Positions 53,357-63,061 of a DNA stretch of 64,000 bases are shown piece after piece. Positions within the stretch are counted from its first letter, which is position 1. The number at the start of each line of letters is the position of its first letter. A program made the translations under genes and the position numbers. The notes beneath the pieces are model-generated. The model had not been told where the DNA came from and searched no databases. It saw nothing but the letters and a program-made list of their open reading frames with translations. Origin of the DNA: Kiritimatiellia bacterium (lineage in GTDB: Bacteria; Verrucomicrobiota; Kiritimatiellia; CAIQIC01; Lenti-01); NCBI GenBank assembly GCA_017527155.1, contig JAFXQI010000042.1, forward strand, positions 67,600 through 131,599, written 5' to 3'.

Positions 53357-54233
53357 GGGAGTGGGAGTGGGGGCGGATGTAGTCGTCGGGGGGTGGGGGG
53401 GGGACGGGGCGGCGGCGCTGGCGGACGACTTCGTAGAGGAGGATGGTGGCGGCGGCGGCGACGTTCAGGGAGTCGGCCTGGCCCAGCATCGGGATGCGGA
53501 CGAGGTGGTCGGCGCCCTCCATCCAGGCGTCGCTCAGACCGAATTGTTCGGCGCCGACGATGACGGCGACGGGGCCGGTGAGGTCGATGTCGGTGTAGAA
53601 GGGCTCGGCGTGGGGGGAGGCGGCGACGGTGGCGATGTGGTGGGCGCGGAGCCAGGCGATGGTTTCCTGCGTGGTGGCTTCGGCGACGGGGACGGTGAAG
53701 AGGGTCCCGATGGAGGCGCGGACGACGTTGGGGTTGTTGATGTCGGTGCAGCGGTCGCAGACGATGAGGGCGTCGGCGCCGGCGGCGTCGGCGGTGCGCA
53801 GCATGGTGCCGAGGTTGCCCGGTTTTTCGATGTGTTCGCCGACGACGAGGAAGGGGTTGTCGGGGAGGACGAGGTCGGAGAGGGTGCGCCGGATCTGGGG
53901 GCAGAGGGCGAGGAGGCCTTCGGGGCGGTCGCGGTAGGCGATCTTCATGAAGACGGGTTCGGTGCATTCGGTGACGGCGGCGCCGGCGGCGCGGCAGCGT
54001 TCGACCAGGACGGGCTCGTTCTTGCCCTGGTAGAGGGACGGGCAGTGGAAGAGGCGCAGGACGGGGACGTGGTTGTCGAGAGCGCGCTTGACTTCGCGGT
54101 AGCCTTCGACGATCAGCCGGCCGGAGTCGTCGCGGTGGGACCGCTGGCGGAGGCGGACGACTTCCTTGACGAGCGGGTTCTGGAGGCTCGTCAGGAGGGG
54201 GGAGGGCGCGGGGTGGGGGGCGGGATGGCTCAC
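53352..54233 (-). CDS. TrmH/SpoU family RNA 2'-O-methyltransferase (RlmB-like)
   Basis: GTG start overlaps the metY stop (GTGA). SpoU N-terminal and MTase motifs (VVGEHIEKPGNLGTMLRTADAAGADALIV, IPMLGQADSLNVAAAATILLYE) are present. Confidence 0.7.
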   Translation of the reverse strand: MSHPAPHPAPSPLLTSLQNPLVKEVVRLRQRSHRDDSGRLIVEGYREVKRALDNHVPVLRLFHCPSLYQGKNEPVLVERCRAAGAAVTECTEPVFMKIAYRDRPEGLLALCPQIRRTLSDLVLPDNPFLVVGEHIEKPGNLGTMLRTADAAGADALIVCDRCTDINNPNVVRASIGTLFTVPVAEATTQETIAWLRAHHIATVAASPHAEPFYTDIDLTGPVAVIVGAEQFGLSDAWMEGADHLVRIPMLGQADSLNVAAAATILLYEVVRQRRRPVPPPPPDDYIRPHSHSP

Positions 54234-55525
54234 TGGGCGGATTTTTCGAGGGCCTGGGCGAGGTCGGCGAGGATGTCGTCGATGTGTTCGATGCCGACGG
54301 ACAGGCGGATGAGGTCGGCGGGGATGCCGGCGGCGGCGAGCTGTTCGTCGGTGAGTTGCCGGTGGGTGGTGGAGGCGGGGTGCAGGAGGCAGGTGCGGGC
54401 GTCGGCGACGTGGGTGAGGATGGCGCCCAGTCGCATGGAATCCATGAGCTTGGTGGCGGCGGCGCGGCCGCCCTTGACGCCGAAGGAGACGACGCCGCAG
54501 GTTCCGCGCGGCATGTATTTCTGCGCGAGGGCGTGGTAGGGGCTGGAGGGGAGGCCGGGGTGGTTGACCCACGCGACGCGGGGGTGGTTCTCCAGGAATT
54601 CGGCGACGGCCAGGGCGTTGCGGACGTGGCGTTCCATGCGCAGGGGCAGGGTTTCGAGGCCGAGGTTGAGGACGTAGGCGGCGAGGGGCGTCTGGGCGGT
54701 GCCGAGGTCGCGCATGAGCTGGGCGCGGGCCTTGACGATGTAGGCGGAGGGGCCGAAGGCGTCGGTGTAGACGAGGCCGTGGTAGGAGGGGTCGGGTTCG
54801 GTCAGGCCGGGGTATTTGCCGGAGGCTTTCCAGTCGAAGCGGCCGGAATCGACGATGACGCCGCCGGTGGTCTGGGCGTGGCCGTCCATGTACTTGGTAG
54901 TGGAATGCACGACGATGTCGGCGCCGTGCTCGAAGGGGCGGCAGAGGGCCGGGGTCGGGAAGGTGTTGTCGATGACGAGCGGCACGCCGTGGGCGTGGGC
55001 GACGGTGGAGAGTTTGGCGAAGTCGGCGACTTCGAGGGACGGGTTCGTCACGGATTCGGCGAAGAGGGCGCGGGTGTTGGGGCGGAAGGCGGCCGCGATT
55101 TCGTCGGCGGAGGCGGAGGGCGGGACGAAGGTGGTCTCGATGCCCATGCGCTTCATGGTCACGGCGAAGAGGTTGAAGGTGCCGCCGTAGATGGCGGAGG
55201 AGGCGACGAGGTGGTCGCCGGCGCCGAGGAGGTTGAAGACGGCCAGGAAGGACGCGGCCTGGCCGGAGGAGGTGAGCATGGCGCCGATGCCGCCTTCGAG
55301 GGCCGCGATCTTCTTTTCGACGTAGTCGAGGGTGGGGTTGCCGAGGCGGGTGTAGAAGAAGCCGGGCTCGGCCAGGTCGAAGAGGCGCGCCATCTGCTCG
55401 GAGGAGTCGTAGTGGAAGGTGGTGGACTGGTAGATGGGCATGACGTGGGGTTCGCCGTTGCCCGGGCGCCAGCCGGCTTGCAGGCAGAGGGTTTCGATGT
55501 GGTCGGTGGGGGGGAGTTGGCTCAT
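54230..55525 (-). CDS. metY: O-acetylhomoserine aminocarboxypropyltransferase / sulfhydrylase
   Basis: 431 aa; it belongs to the PLP-dependent Cys/Met metabolism family, with STTKYMDGH (PLP-Lys) and the N-terminal ETLCLQAGW. Confidence 0.85.
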   Translation of the reverse strand: MSQLPPTDHIETLCLQAGWRPGNGEPHVMPIYQSTTFHYDSSEQMARLFDLAEPGFFYTRLGNPTLDYVEKKIAALEGGIGAMLTSSGQAASFLAVFNLLGAGDHLVASSAIYGGTFNLFAVTMKRMGIETTFVPPSASADEIAAAFRPNTRALFAESVTNPSLEVADFAKLSTVAHAHGVPLVIDNTFPTPALCRPFEHGADIVVHSTTKYMDGHAQTTGGVIVDSGRFDWKASGKYPGLTEPDPSYHGLVYTDAFGPSAYIVKARAQLMRDLGTAQTPLAAYVLNLGLETLPLRMERHVRNALAVAEFLENHPRVAWVNHPGLPSSPYHALAQKYMPRGTCGVVSFGVKGGRAAATKLMDSMRLGAILTHVADARTCLLHPASTTHRQLTDEQLAAAGIPADLIRLSVGIEHIDDILADLAQALEKSAQ

Positions 55526-55685
55526 GGTCGGAAGGTCCTTTCGGGGTTCGGGTGGGTGTTGTAGCGCGCGGGGGGGCGGATGGGAAGCGAAAACAGGCGG
55601 CCGGCCGACGGCCGGCCGTCAGGAGGGGGAGGGCGCCCCGGCGGGGCGGGGCGGAGCAAAACTCATAGGGAGGAGGGGGGAGGGG

Positions 55686-58600
55686 CTAGGGGGTGGGGCA
55701 GGTGGCGCGGAGGTGGTAGAAGGTGGCGGGGGTGGAATTGGTGTCGAAGTACATGGAGACGGGGGGGGTGTTGGTGATTGCGAACTGGGAGGTGGATGCG
55801 GGCAGGAGAAGGTTGGTGGTGAAGGAGAGCTGGTAGGTGACGCCGGTGGCGGAGGGCCAGGAGAGGAGGGTGCCGGTGGAGTCGGCTTCGGCGTCGAGAC
55901 GGAAGAAGGACGCGCCGTCGTTGGGGTCGGTGCCGAGGTGGTATTCTTCGAGGTTGGTGAAGCCGTCGGCGTCGGGGTCGAGGTTGGGGTTGCAGGCGGT
56001 GGCGCCGCCGAAGTGGGCGATGGCCCACCAGTCGGGGATGCCGTCGGAGTCGGTGTCGAGGCGGCGGATGGCGTTGGTGAAGGTGACGGAGGCGGTGCCG
56101 AGGGTGTTGGAGGCGATGAAGGTGAAGACGTTGGTGGCGGGATAGCTGGAGTTGATTTCGAGATAGCCGGTGCCGACGTCGAAGGAGTAGGTGTATTCGT
56201 CGGCGACGGTGTGCGCGGCGTCGAGGGTGATCAGGGGGTATTCGCCGGAGACGTATTGGTAGAGGTTCAGGATGGGCGCGGCGTCGAGGTCGACGAGAAG
56301 GTCGCCGAGGGGCTGCCAGGCGGGGGCGTTGCCGGCGGTGACGGTGACGTCCTGTTCGATGCTTCCGGCGGCGTTTTCGGCGCGGAAGGTGAAGGTGTAG
56401 GCCCCGGCGGCGGGGGCTTCGAAGATGAAGATGTCTTCGGCGATGGCATAGGCGGAGTCGTCGATTTCGTCGCCGGTGCGGGAGTCGAAGGTCCCGACGA
56501 GGGTGACGGCGGGGGACGGAAAGCCGGTGACCTGGCTCTTGAGGTCGATGGTGATTTCGCCGCCGACGCCGGTGGTGTAGGCGGTTTCGCCGGTCCAGGC
56601 GGGGGCGGTCTGGTTGGCGTCGAAGAAGTCGAGGATCTTCTTCATGAGGGTGTTGCGGCGGGTGGCGTCGGTGATGGTCTCGAAGGGGAAGCCGGCGACG
56701 ACGGTGCGGCAGACGGAGTTGGAGCAGGCGATGATGGCGCCGTTGGTGCCGGAGGTGCCGCCGTAGGTGGCGGCGACGAAGGCTTCGCCGACGGGGGCGA
56801 GGGTGTCGGGGTAGTTGGCGGCGTAGATGTCGGGGAGGTTGTTGGTGTAGTTGAAGTCGGCGCGGGTGCCGGAGAGGAAGGTGCCGCTCTTGCCGCTGAC
56901 GATGGCGCTGCCGCCGTCGTCGGCGACGTAGGTGCAGTGGAGGTAGTTGGTCATGAAGGCCTTGTCGGAGTCGGAGCCCTTGGCGGAGAGGTCCCAGCCG
57001 ATTTCGGAGCCGGAGACGAAGAGGGCGCCGCCGTTGTCGAGGAAGGCGGCAAGGCGCTGCTGTTCGTCGTAGGTGAAGGTTTCGTCGGCGGTGGATTCTT
57101 CTCCGAGGCACCAGACGACCTTGGGGTAGCGGGCGAGGTCGGAGGAGGTGACGCGGGAGGCGTCCATGTAGTCGAAGGAGCGTCCGGCGGCGGCGATGGC
57201 GTTGCCGTGTTCCTTGACGTAGTCGAAGGAGTTGATCATGCGCGGGCGGACGAGGGTGACGTTGCCCTTGAGGTTGTTGGCGAAGTAGCGGGTCGGGGAC
57301 TGGGCGCCGTCGTTGCGCTTGAAGCCGTCGACGACGAGGACGTCGGCGGTGGAGCCGTCGGAGGAGAGCCCGGCGCCGGCGACGGGCGAGGAGAGGGATT
57401 CGCCGCCGAGGTTGGTGGCGCAGACGCGGAAATAATATGGGTTCCCGGCGGGGAGGTCGGTGAATTTGTGGGCGTATTCGTCGGCGGGGGAGGTGATGGC
57501 GACGGGGTTGCCGAAGGCGTAGCCGTTGGTGGAGACGTAGATGACGAAGCCGGTGTGGGGGTCGGACATGCGGTTGGTGCCGTGGGGCATCTGCCAGGAG
57601 ACGGTGACGCAGTTGGGGCCGGAGTTGGTGGCGGCGACGGCGACGGGGGCGTCGGGGGCGCAGATTTCGCGGACGGTGAGGGTGGAGTCGGTGGCGTAGC
57701 GGGTGACGAAGTGGCGCAGGATGCCGCGCAGGGCGGAGCGGGCGAGCCATTCGCGGCCGGTGGGGGACTTCATGATGGCGGCGTCGAGTTCCTTGTCGTG
57801 GAAGGCGACTTCGGCGATGGTGTTGTCCATCTTGGTCCAGATGGAGCCGCCGTAGATTTCGCCGTAGTGGGAGCCGAGGGTGCGCGCGCAGTCCTGCTGC
57901 CAGGCGGTGGCGACGAGGCCGTGGGCGTGGGCGGCGGTCATGTTGCTGACGATGGAGTTGGCGATGCAGCGGGCGAGGTTGGTCTGTCCGGCGAGGTAGG
58001 AGCCGGTGACGCGGGTGTCGTAGAGGCCCATGCAACCGCGCTGGGAGCCGGAGGCGTTGGAGTGGAAGGAGAGGTACAGGCGGCGCCAGCGCGGCCAGTC
58101 GTTGGTGCGGCACATGGCGTAGGCCATGCGGTTGGGGGCGGAGACGTTGTCGTCCTGGTCGTAGCTGGCGGTGGAGTTGTAGATGGAGTCGGGGAGGCCC
58201 TGGGAGTCGAGGACCATGCGCTGGGTCCAGTAGCGGGCGCCTTCGAGTTCGCGCTCGTAGCCGGATTTGCCGGCGGTGCCGCGCGAGATGTCGCCCATGC
58301 CGTTGCCGAAGCGGACGGCGTCGGCGATGACGGTGCCGTCGTCGAAGCCGGGGGCGAAGTTGGAGATGTTGACGCAGCCGTTGGTGCCGGCGTCGAACCA
58401 GTAGTTGCCGAGCCAGACCCATCCGTTGCCGACCTGGCGGTGGTCGACGCGGACGTCGGTGACGCCGCCGGCGTGGTGGACACGGTAGAGCTGCGGGACG
58501 CGGTCGGAGCCGGGACGCGCCCAGACGTAGACGGGGTATTCGCCGGCCGCGGGAAGGGACGGGCGGAAGGAGGCCCAGGCGGTGGTGCCGGTGGCGCAGA

Positions 58601-61600
58601 TGTTGGCCCAGCGGTAGCCGACTTCGCCGGCCTTGCCGTGGTAGTAGTCGGTCTGGGACGTGTTGCCCCAGTTGCCGCCGTAGGTGACGCGCGAGGCGAG
58701 GGAGGCGGCGGTGTCGACGTTGTCGATGACGACTTCGTTGGTCTGGTAGCCGAGCGGGCGCATGGGGACGACGGTGGCGCCGGCCTTCCACGCCTGCAGG
58801 GCGAAGTAGTTGAGCTGGTCGATCGTCCCCATGTCCTCGACCATGCCGTAGGTGATGCCGCGTCCGGCCGCCCAGGCGTTGGTCTGGCCGTTGGCGGTGA
58901 AGCCGTGGCCCGCGGCGACGTAGAGGACGATGCCGGAAAGCGCCCCGTGCGGCTGCTCGGCGGTGGAGGTGCCGAAGGGGGACCAGGAGTCGGCGTCGGG
59001 TTCCTCGGGGGCCGTGGAGGTGCCCTCGATGGTCAGGCGGCGCCACTGGATGGACCCCGCCGTGCCGGAGTTGCTGGCGCAGAAGATGACGCCGTGCTCG
59101 CCGCCGTCGAGCGCGGGGGAGAAGGAGAAGGTGTTGGTGTAGGTCTGCTTCAGGGGCGTGGCGCAGACGCCGACGGGGGAGAAGCTGGCGCCGCCGTTGG
59201 TGGAGGCGTAGAGGGTGGCCTGGCGGGTGTCCGCGGCGGAGGCGGGGCGGAAGAGGGTGGTCACCTGCGTGACGACGCCGGCGAAGGCCGGGGTGGTGGC
59301 CCAGGAATTGGTGGGTTTGTAGAGGTAGACGTAGCCGGTGTCTCCGCTCGTCTCGTCCGTGGGCCGGACGTAGCAATTGCCGAGGTTCCACGCGTGGTTG
59401 TTGACGTTGGTTTCGCCGCTGTAGAGGGCGTCGTCGCACAAGGACCAGCCTTCGGGGACGGTGAAGTCCCATGTGGTCGATACGGGCGTGATTTCGGTGG
59501 AGGGTTCGTCGCCGCCGGTCTCCTCGGTGGTGGTGGCGGTGGTCTCGACCCAGACGGAGCGGGTGTTCTCGGTGAGGGCCTGGACGCGGATCCAATATGG
59601 GGTTTCGGGGGAGAGGCCTTCGATGGTGTCGGAGGGGGAGGTGACGGTCTTGGGATAGCCTTCGGGGCGGTTGGCGTCGCAGTAGCGGCCGGTGGTGCCG
59701 GAGAAGGAGAGTTTGATGTTCTTGAGGCCCGCGCCGCGGAGGGAGCCGGAGGTGGAGTCGGCGTGGCGTTCGGCGTAGGGGGCGACGATCTTCACGGCGA
59801 GGGTTTCGCCGTCGAGATAGGGGAGGTCGTAGGACTGTGCGGACCAGTCTTCGTCGTCGGTGGAGGCGGCGCGGCACTCGCCGAGGAAGTTCCAGGGGCC
59901 TTGGTCGAGGCGGTAGTAGACGCGGAGGACGGAGCAGGTGATGCCGACGGTGGATTTGGCGGCATTCCACGGGCAGTTGGAGAAGGAGAGGTTCGCGCTG
60001 GTCGCCCCGTAGAGCGGGAAATCCCACGATTGGAGAGCCTGTCCGGGATGGCCGGCCAGGTAGTGTCCCGCATATTTGGCCGTGGAGCAGTAGCCGGGGC
60101 CTGCGCCGAGGTTGCTGGAGGTCGTGACGGTGCGGACGGTGCCGGTGTAGCACCAGGACTGGCCGGTGAGGAACTGGTTCGTCCCGAGGGAGGCCGACGG
60201 GCAGGTGGCGGTCCAGTTGGTGTAGGGGCCGCTGGCGACGTCGACCTGGTAGGCGGCGGCGCCAGGGGCGGCGGTCCAGGAGAGGGCGATGTTGGTGGCG
60301 GCGGGCTCGGCGGCGAGGCCGGAGGGTACCATGCCGGGGGTGACCGTCACGATGTCGGACCAGTTCGTGGAGGAGGCGTTGCGGACGCGCAGGCTGACGG
60401 GCGAGGAGAGGCCGGTGAGGTTGGTCGCGCAGGTGTCGGCGAGGGGGGTTCCGGTGGCGGCGACCCAGTTGGTGGTCGTGCCGGTGGCAACGAAGGAGTG
60501 GAGCAGGACCGTCGTGGGCTCCCCGGTCGTCACGTTTTCGAAGCGGAAAACGGTTCCGCCGGGATTGGAGATGGAACAGGCCGTGGCGTAGTCGAGGATG
60601 GCCGAGACGTTGGAGCAGGCGTAGGTGCCGACCGTGGTGAAGCCGGTGCTCCCGGCGGGGGCGGCCAGGACGCGGAGTTTGCGGCCTTCGTAGTTCGACG
60701 CGGCGGCGGCGCGAACGCGGACGGCCAGCTGCGTGACAGTGCCGGAAACGGGCGGCGTCTGGATGTAGGAATTGGAGTACGTCAGGTAAACGTAGCCGGG
60801 GTCCTGGTAGTTGGTGATGCCGGGGCGGAGTTCCAGCTTGCCGCGGAGCCCCCAGGCGCTGCCGGCCACGTTGACGGTGGTGGGCGTGGTCGTGGTGACG
60901 TTGTTCGTCACCCAGCCCTCGGCGGAGGAGAACGAATTGGAGAAGACGAGCGGCACGTCCTCCCACCAGCCGTCCGCGAGCCCTTCGGGCGTGGGGGCGG
61001 ACTGGACGACGTAGCCGGCGGGATCCACGACGGCGGGGGTCCAGGAGAAGAGCGCGGAGGAGGCGCCGATGCCCGTGGCGCGGGCGTCGGGGGCGCTGGC
61101 GCCGGAGCCGCCGCCGGAGCCGCCGCCGGAGTAGGTGTCGAACTTCTCGCCGAGGAGTTCCCACAGCTCCTCCGCTTCCGGCGCGTGGGTCAGGCACCAG
61201 ATGCCGACGCCGCCGAGGCCCTTGGACTTCGCGTAGTCGTACTTGAGGCCGAGCGATTCCGCGTCGTCGTAGAAACACTGGTAGGCGTTGGTGCCGGACT
61301 TGTACGCGTAGTACGGGACGGACCCGTTCGAGTCCCATTGGCGCCCGTGGTTTTCGGCGGCGGCGACCGCGTTGGGGTATGTCACGGCGGCCGAGTAGGA
61401 CGAGCCGCAGGACTTCGAGCCGATGCTGGTGGTGGCGGACTTCCAGCGGCGGCCGTAGTAGGGCACCGCCAGCATGAGGTGGGCGGCGTTGGTCATCTTG
61501 TTGAGATAATAGCGGGTCGAATAGTCCACGCTGCACCAGGAGGATGCCCCCTGCCACTGTGCCGACGAATAGAGCGGCGCGACGGGCCCGGGCGTGGCGG

Positions 61601-62444
61601 AACCGGCATAATAATAGTCGTAGCCCATGATGATCGAGTAATCCACGCCGATCTTCTCGTACTCCCCGACCGCGAAGTCCGCGTACCAGTCCACCGACGG
61701 CAGGCAGATCGAGACTTCCAGGTTGGCCGCGTGCGCCTTCGCGACGAGATTGCTCATGAACGCCGTCAGCGCCTTCGTCGCCCCCGACCACGACCCGACC
61801 GACTCGAAGTCGATGCAGATCCCGTCCCCGCCGCGTGCCGTGGTTTTCGCGACGAGATTGGTGATCAGCTTCGTGCAGGCCGCGCTGTTGGTGAGCAGCG
61901 CGTGGTTGGCGGTCTCGCCGAAGAGCGTCGCCGTGAGGAGAACCTTCACGCCGTTGGAATGCGCGGTTTCGACGACGGGATCCGTGTTCCACCCATGGAG
62001 GCTGGAGATGCTTCCGGCGCTCCCGACCTCGGCGGAAAAATACGCGACGTGGGTCAGGTTGGAGTAGTCATAGGAGAGATAATCCCCCGCCTCGGCCCAG
62101 TAGGGATGCCACCCGAGCACGCGCGCCCCGTCCGCGATGCCGGTGGCCCGCGGCGTGATGACCGACTTCTTCGGCACGGCCCTGAGCGCCTTGCGCCGCT
62201 GCGCCGCCGTCTGCCCGTCCGGATGCGCCTCCATCTCCAGCTGGTGGATGGGGACGAACCCCGCGAAATCCGCCGGCGGCGCGAACGGGAAATCCGCCTC
62301 CGAAACGTCCGGCACCTCGAACGGCGGCGGATCGTCGGCCACGTCGCCTTCTTCCTCGATCTGGGCCTTCGCGCACCATGGCACGGCCACGGCGAAAAGG
62401 GCGGAAAGGGTCAATGCACGGCGGACAATACGGATGGCTTTCAT
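55686..62444 (-). CDS. Giant secreted multidomain protein (2252 aa): GH18 chitinase-like domain, beta-sandwich (FN3/Ig-like) repeats, an Amidase_3/M14-like zinc-hydrolase domain, and C-terminal thrombospondin-type-3 Ca-binding repeats
   Basis: Start MKAIRIVRRALTLSALFAVAVPWCAKAQ (signal peptide) inside ORF 55686..63578. The GH18 catalytic motif is DGICIDFE (DxxDxDxE) with GVDYSIIMGYDYYY. An amidase-like region follows (VAAGHG...LSFHSNA...AEVAFHDKELD). The TSP3-like stretch is DTDSDGIPDWW...DPDADGFTNLEEYHLGTDPND. A G/S linker is encoded by ggagccgccgcc repeats. Confidence 0.7.
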   Translation of the reverse strand: MKAIRIVRRALTLSALFAVAVPWCAKAQIEEEGDVADDPPPFEVPDVSEADFPFAPPADFAGFVPIHQLEMEAHPDGQTAAQRRKALRAVPKKSVITPRATGIADGARVLGWHPYWAEAGDYLSYDYSNLTHVAYFSAEVGSAGSISSLHGWNTDPVVETAHSNGVKVLLTATLFGETANHALLTNSAACTKLITNLVAKTTARGGDGICIDFESVGSWSGATKALTAFMSNLVAKAHAANLEVSICLPSVDWYADFAVGEYEKIGVDYSIIMGYDYYYAGSATPGPVAPLYSSAQWQGASSWCSVDYSTRYYLNKMTNAAHLMLAVPYYGRRWKSATTSIGSKSCGSSYSAAVTYPNAVAAAENHGRQWDSNGSVPYYAYKSGTNAYQCFYDDAESLGLKYDYAKSKGLGGVGIWCLTHAPEAEELWELLGEKFDTYSGGGSGGGSGASAPDARATGIGASSALFSWTPAVVDPAGYVVQSAPTPEGLADGWWEDVPLVFSNSFSSAEGWVTNNVTTTTPTTVNVAGSAWGLRGKLELRPGITNYQDPGYVYLTYSNSYIQTPPVSGTVTQLAVRVRAAAASNYEGRKLRVLAAPAGSTGFTTVGTYACSNVSAILDYATACSISNPGGTVFRFENVTTGEPTTVLLHSFVATGTTTNWVAATGTPLADTCATNLTGLSSPVSLRVRNASSTNWSDIVTVTPGMVPSGLAAEPAATNIALSWTAAPGAAAYQVDVASGPYTNWTATCPSASLGTNQFLTGQSWCYTGTVRTVTTSSNLGAGPGYCSTAKYAGHYLAGHPGQALQSWDFPLYGATSANLSFSNCPWNAAKSTVGITCSVLRVYYRLDQGPWNFLGECRAASTDDEDWSAQSYDLPYLDGETLAVKIVAPYAERHADSTSGSLRGAGLKNIKLSFSGTTGRYCDANRPEGYPKTVTSPSDTIEGLSPETPYWIRVQALTENTRSVWVETTATTTEETGGDEPSTEITPVSTTWDFTVPEGWSLCDDALYSGETNVNNHAWNLGNCYVRPTDETSGDTGYVYLYKPTNSWATTPAFAGVVTQVTTLFRPASAADTRQATLYASTNGGASFSPVGVCATPLKQTYTNTFSFSPALDGGEHGVIFCASNSGTAGSIQWRRLTIEGTSTAPEEPDADSWSPFGTSTAEQPHGALSGIVLYVAAGHGFTANGQTNAWAAGRGITYGMVEDMGTIDQLNYFALQAWKAGATVVPMRPLGYQTNEVVIDNVDTAASLASRVTYGGNWGNTSQTDYYHGKAGEVGYRWANICATGTTAWASFRPSLPAAGEYPVYVWARPGSDRVPQLYRVHHAGGVTDVRVDHRQVGNGWVWLGNYWFDAGTNGCVNISNFAPGFDDGTVIADAVRFGNGMGDISRGTAGKSGYERELEGARYWTQRMVLDSQGLPDSIYNSTASYDQDDNVSAPNRMAYAMCRTNDWPRWRRLYLSFHSNASGSQRGCMGLYDTRVTGSYLAGQTNLARCIANSIVSNMTAAHAHGLVATAWQQDCARTLGSHYGEIYGGSIWTKMDNTIAEVAFHDKELDAAIMKSPTGREWLARSALRGILRHFVTRYATDSTLTVREICAPDAPVAVAATNSGPNCVTVSWQMPHGTNRMSDPHTGFVIYVSTNGYAFGNPVAITSPADEYAHKFTDLPAGNPYYFRVCATNLGGESLSSPVAGAGLSSDGSTADVLVVDGFKRNDGAQSPTRYFANNLKGNVTLVRPRMINSFDYVKEHGNAIAAAGRSFDYMDASRVTSSDLARYPKVVWCLGEESTADETFTYDEQQRLAAFLDNGGALFVSGSEIGWDLSAKGSDSDKAFMTNYLHCTYVADDGGSAIVSGKSGTFLSGTRADFNYTNNLPDIYAANYPDTLAPVGEAFVAATYGGTSGTNGAIIACSNSVCRTVVAGFPFETITDATRRNTLMKKILDFFDANQTAPAWTGETAYTTGVGGEITIDLKSQVTGFPSPAVTLVGTFDSRTGDEIDDSAYAIAEDIFIFEAPAAGAYTFTFRAENAAGSIEQDVTVTAGNAPAWQPLGDLLVDLDAAPILNLYQYVSGEYPLITLDAAHTVADEYTYSFDVGTGYLEINSSYPATNVFTFIASNTLGTASVTFTNAIRRLDTDSDGIPDWWAIAHFGGATACNPNLDPDADGFTNLEEYHLGTDPNDGASFFRLDAEADSTGTLLSWPSATGVTYQLSFTTNLLLPASTSQFAITNTPPVSMYFDTNSTPATFYHLRATCPTP

Positions 62445-62651
62445 GCTTTCGATTTTACCCCCACGCGCGCGCGGAGGAAAGCCGAAAAAGCGGGGAGGAA
62501 TGGAGCGGAGGGCATCCCGCTTTGTGCAAGGTGCAAGCCCGGAAGCGGAGAGGGAGGACGGGGGAAAACTCCGATTGGTCCGATGGCCCGGGATGCGGGA
62601 GAAACGCGCGAAGCCGGCGGTTCCAGCGGGGAATGGGGGGCTTCCTCTTTT

Positions 62652-62848
62652 CCTGCAGCTTTCCGGACGTTTTTCCACCACAAGGTCGCGCGGAAGCGCG
62701 ACCCTCCCGGTGCGTTCTCCAGGGGGAGGGACGCGCTTCTGCGCGTCCGCGGGGGAAACCGGACGTTTTTCCACCACAAGGTCGCGCGGAAGCGCGACCC
62801 TCCCGGTGCGTTCTCCACGGGGAGGGACGCGCTTCTGCGCGTCCGCGG
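62652..62848 (+). repeat. GC-rich multi-hairpin interspersed element, two tandem copies (D and E)
   Basis: Two consecutive units of about 98 bp lie immediately upstream of the giant gene's start. Each is ccaccacaaggtcgcgcggaagcgcgaccctcccggtgcgttctcca(g/c)ggggagggacgcgcttctgcgcgtccgc. The 204-aa ORF 62441..63055 (-) with a duplicated peptide is their translation artefact. Confidence 0.6.
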
Positions 62849-63061
62849 TGGAAATGCCCGGAGGGACGATGGATGGAGGCCCCCCTGTTCCTTTGAGCGG
62901 TTCAAGAAACAGTACAGCTCCTGTTTCGCCTTCCAGACTGGTGGGGGCGAGCTCTCCGAGCGAGCCGTTCCTTGCGCCTCTGAGGCTCGCACGGAGTGCT
63001 CGCCCTGCCAGGCCCCTGTCACGGGGCGACCACGGTATTTCTCGACCCGCTCCAAACCGCG

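Noticed and set aside
62652-62848. Possible CRISPR array (tandem ~98-bp repeats plus other interspersed copies)
   Set aside because: Units are about 100 bp and directly abutting with no unique spacers. Other copies are singletons scattered over 48 kb. There are no cas genes. The evidence fits a REP/MITE-like element, not CRISPR.
62441-63055. 204-aa minus ORF with an internally duplicated peptide (FPPRTRRSASLP.ENAPGGSRFRATLWWKNVR x2)
   Set aside because: The duplication is just the translation of the two tandem hairpin-element copies, and it is antisense to nothing coding. It is a repeat artefact.
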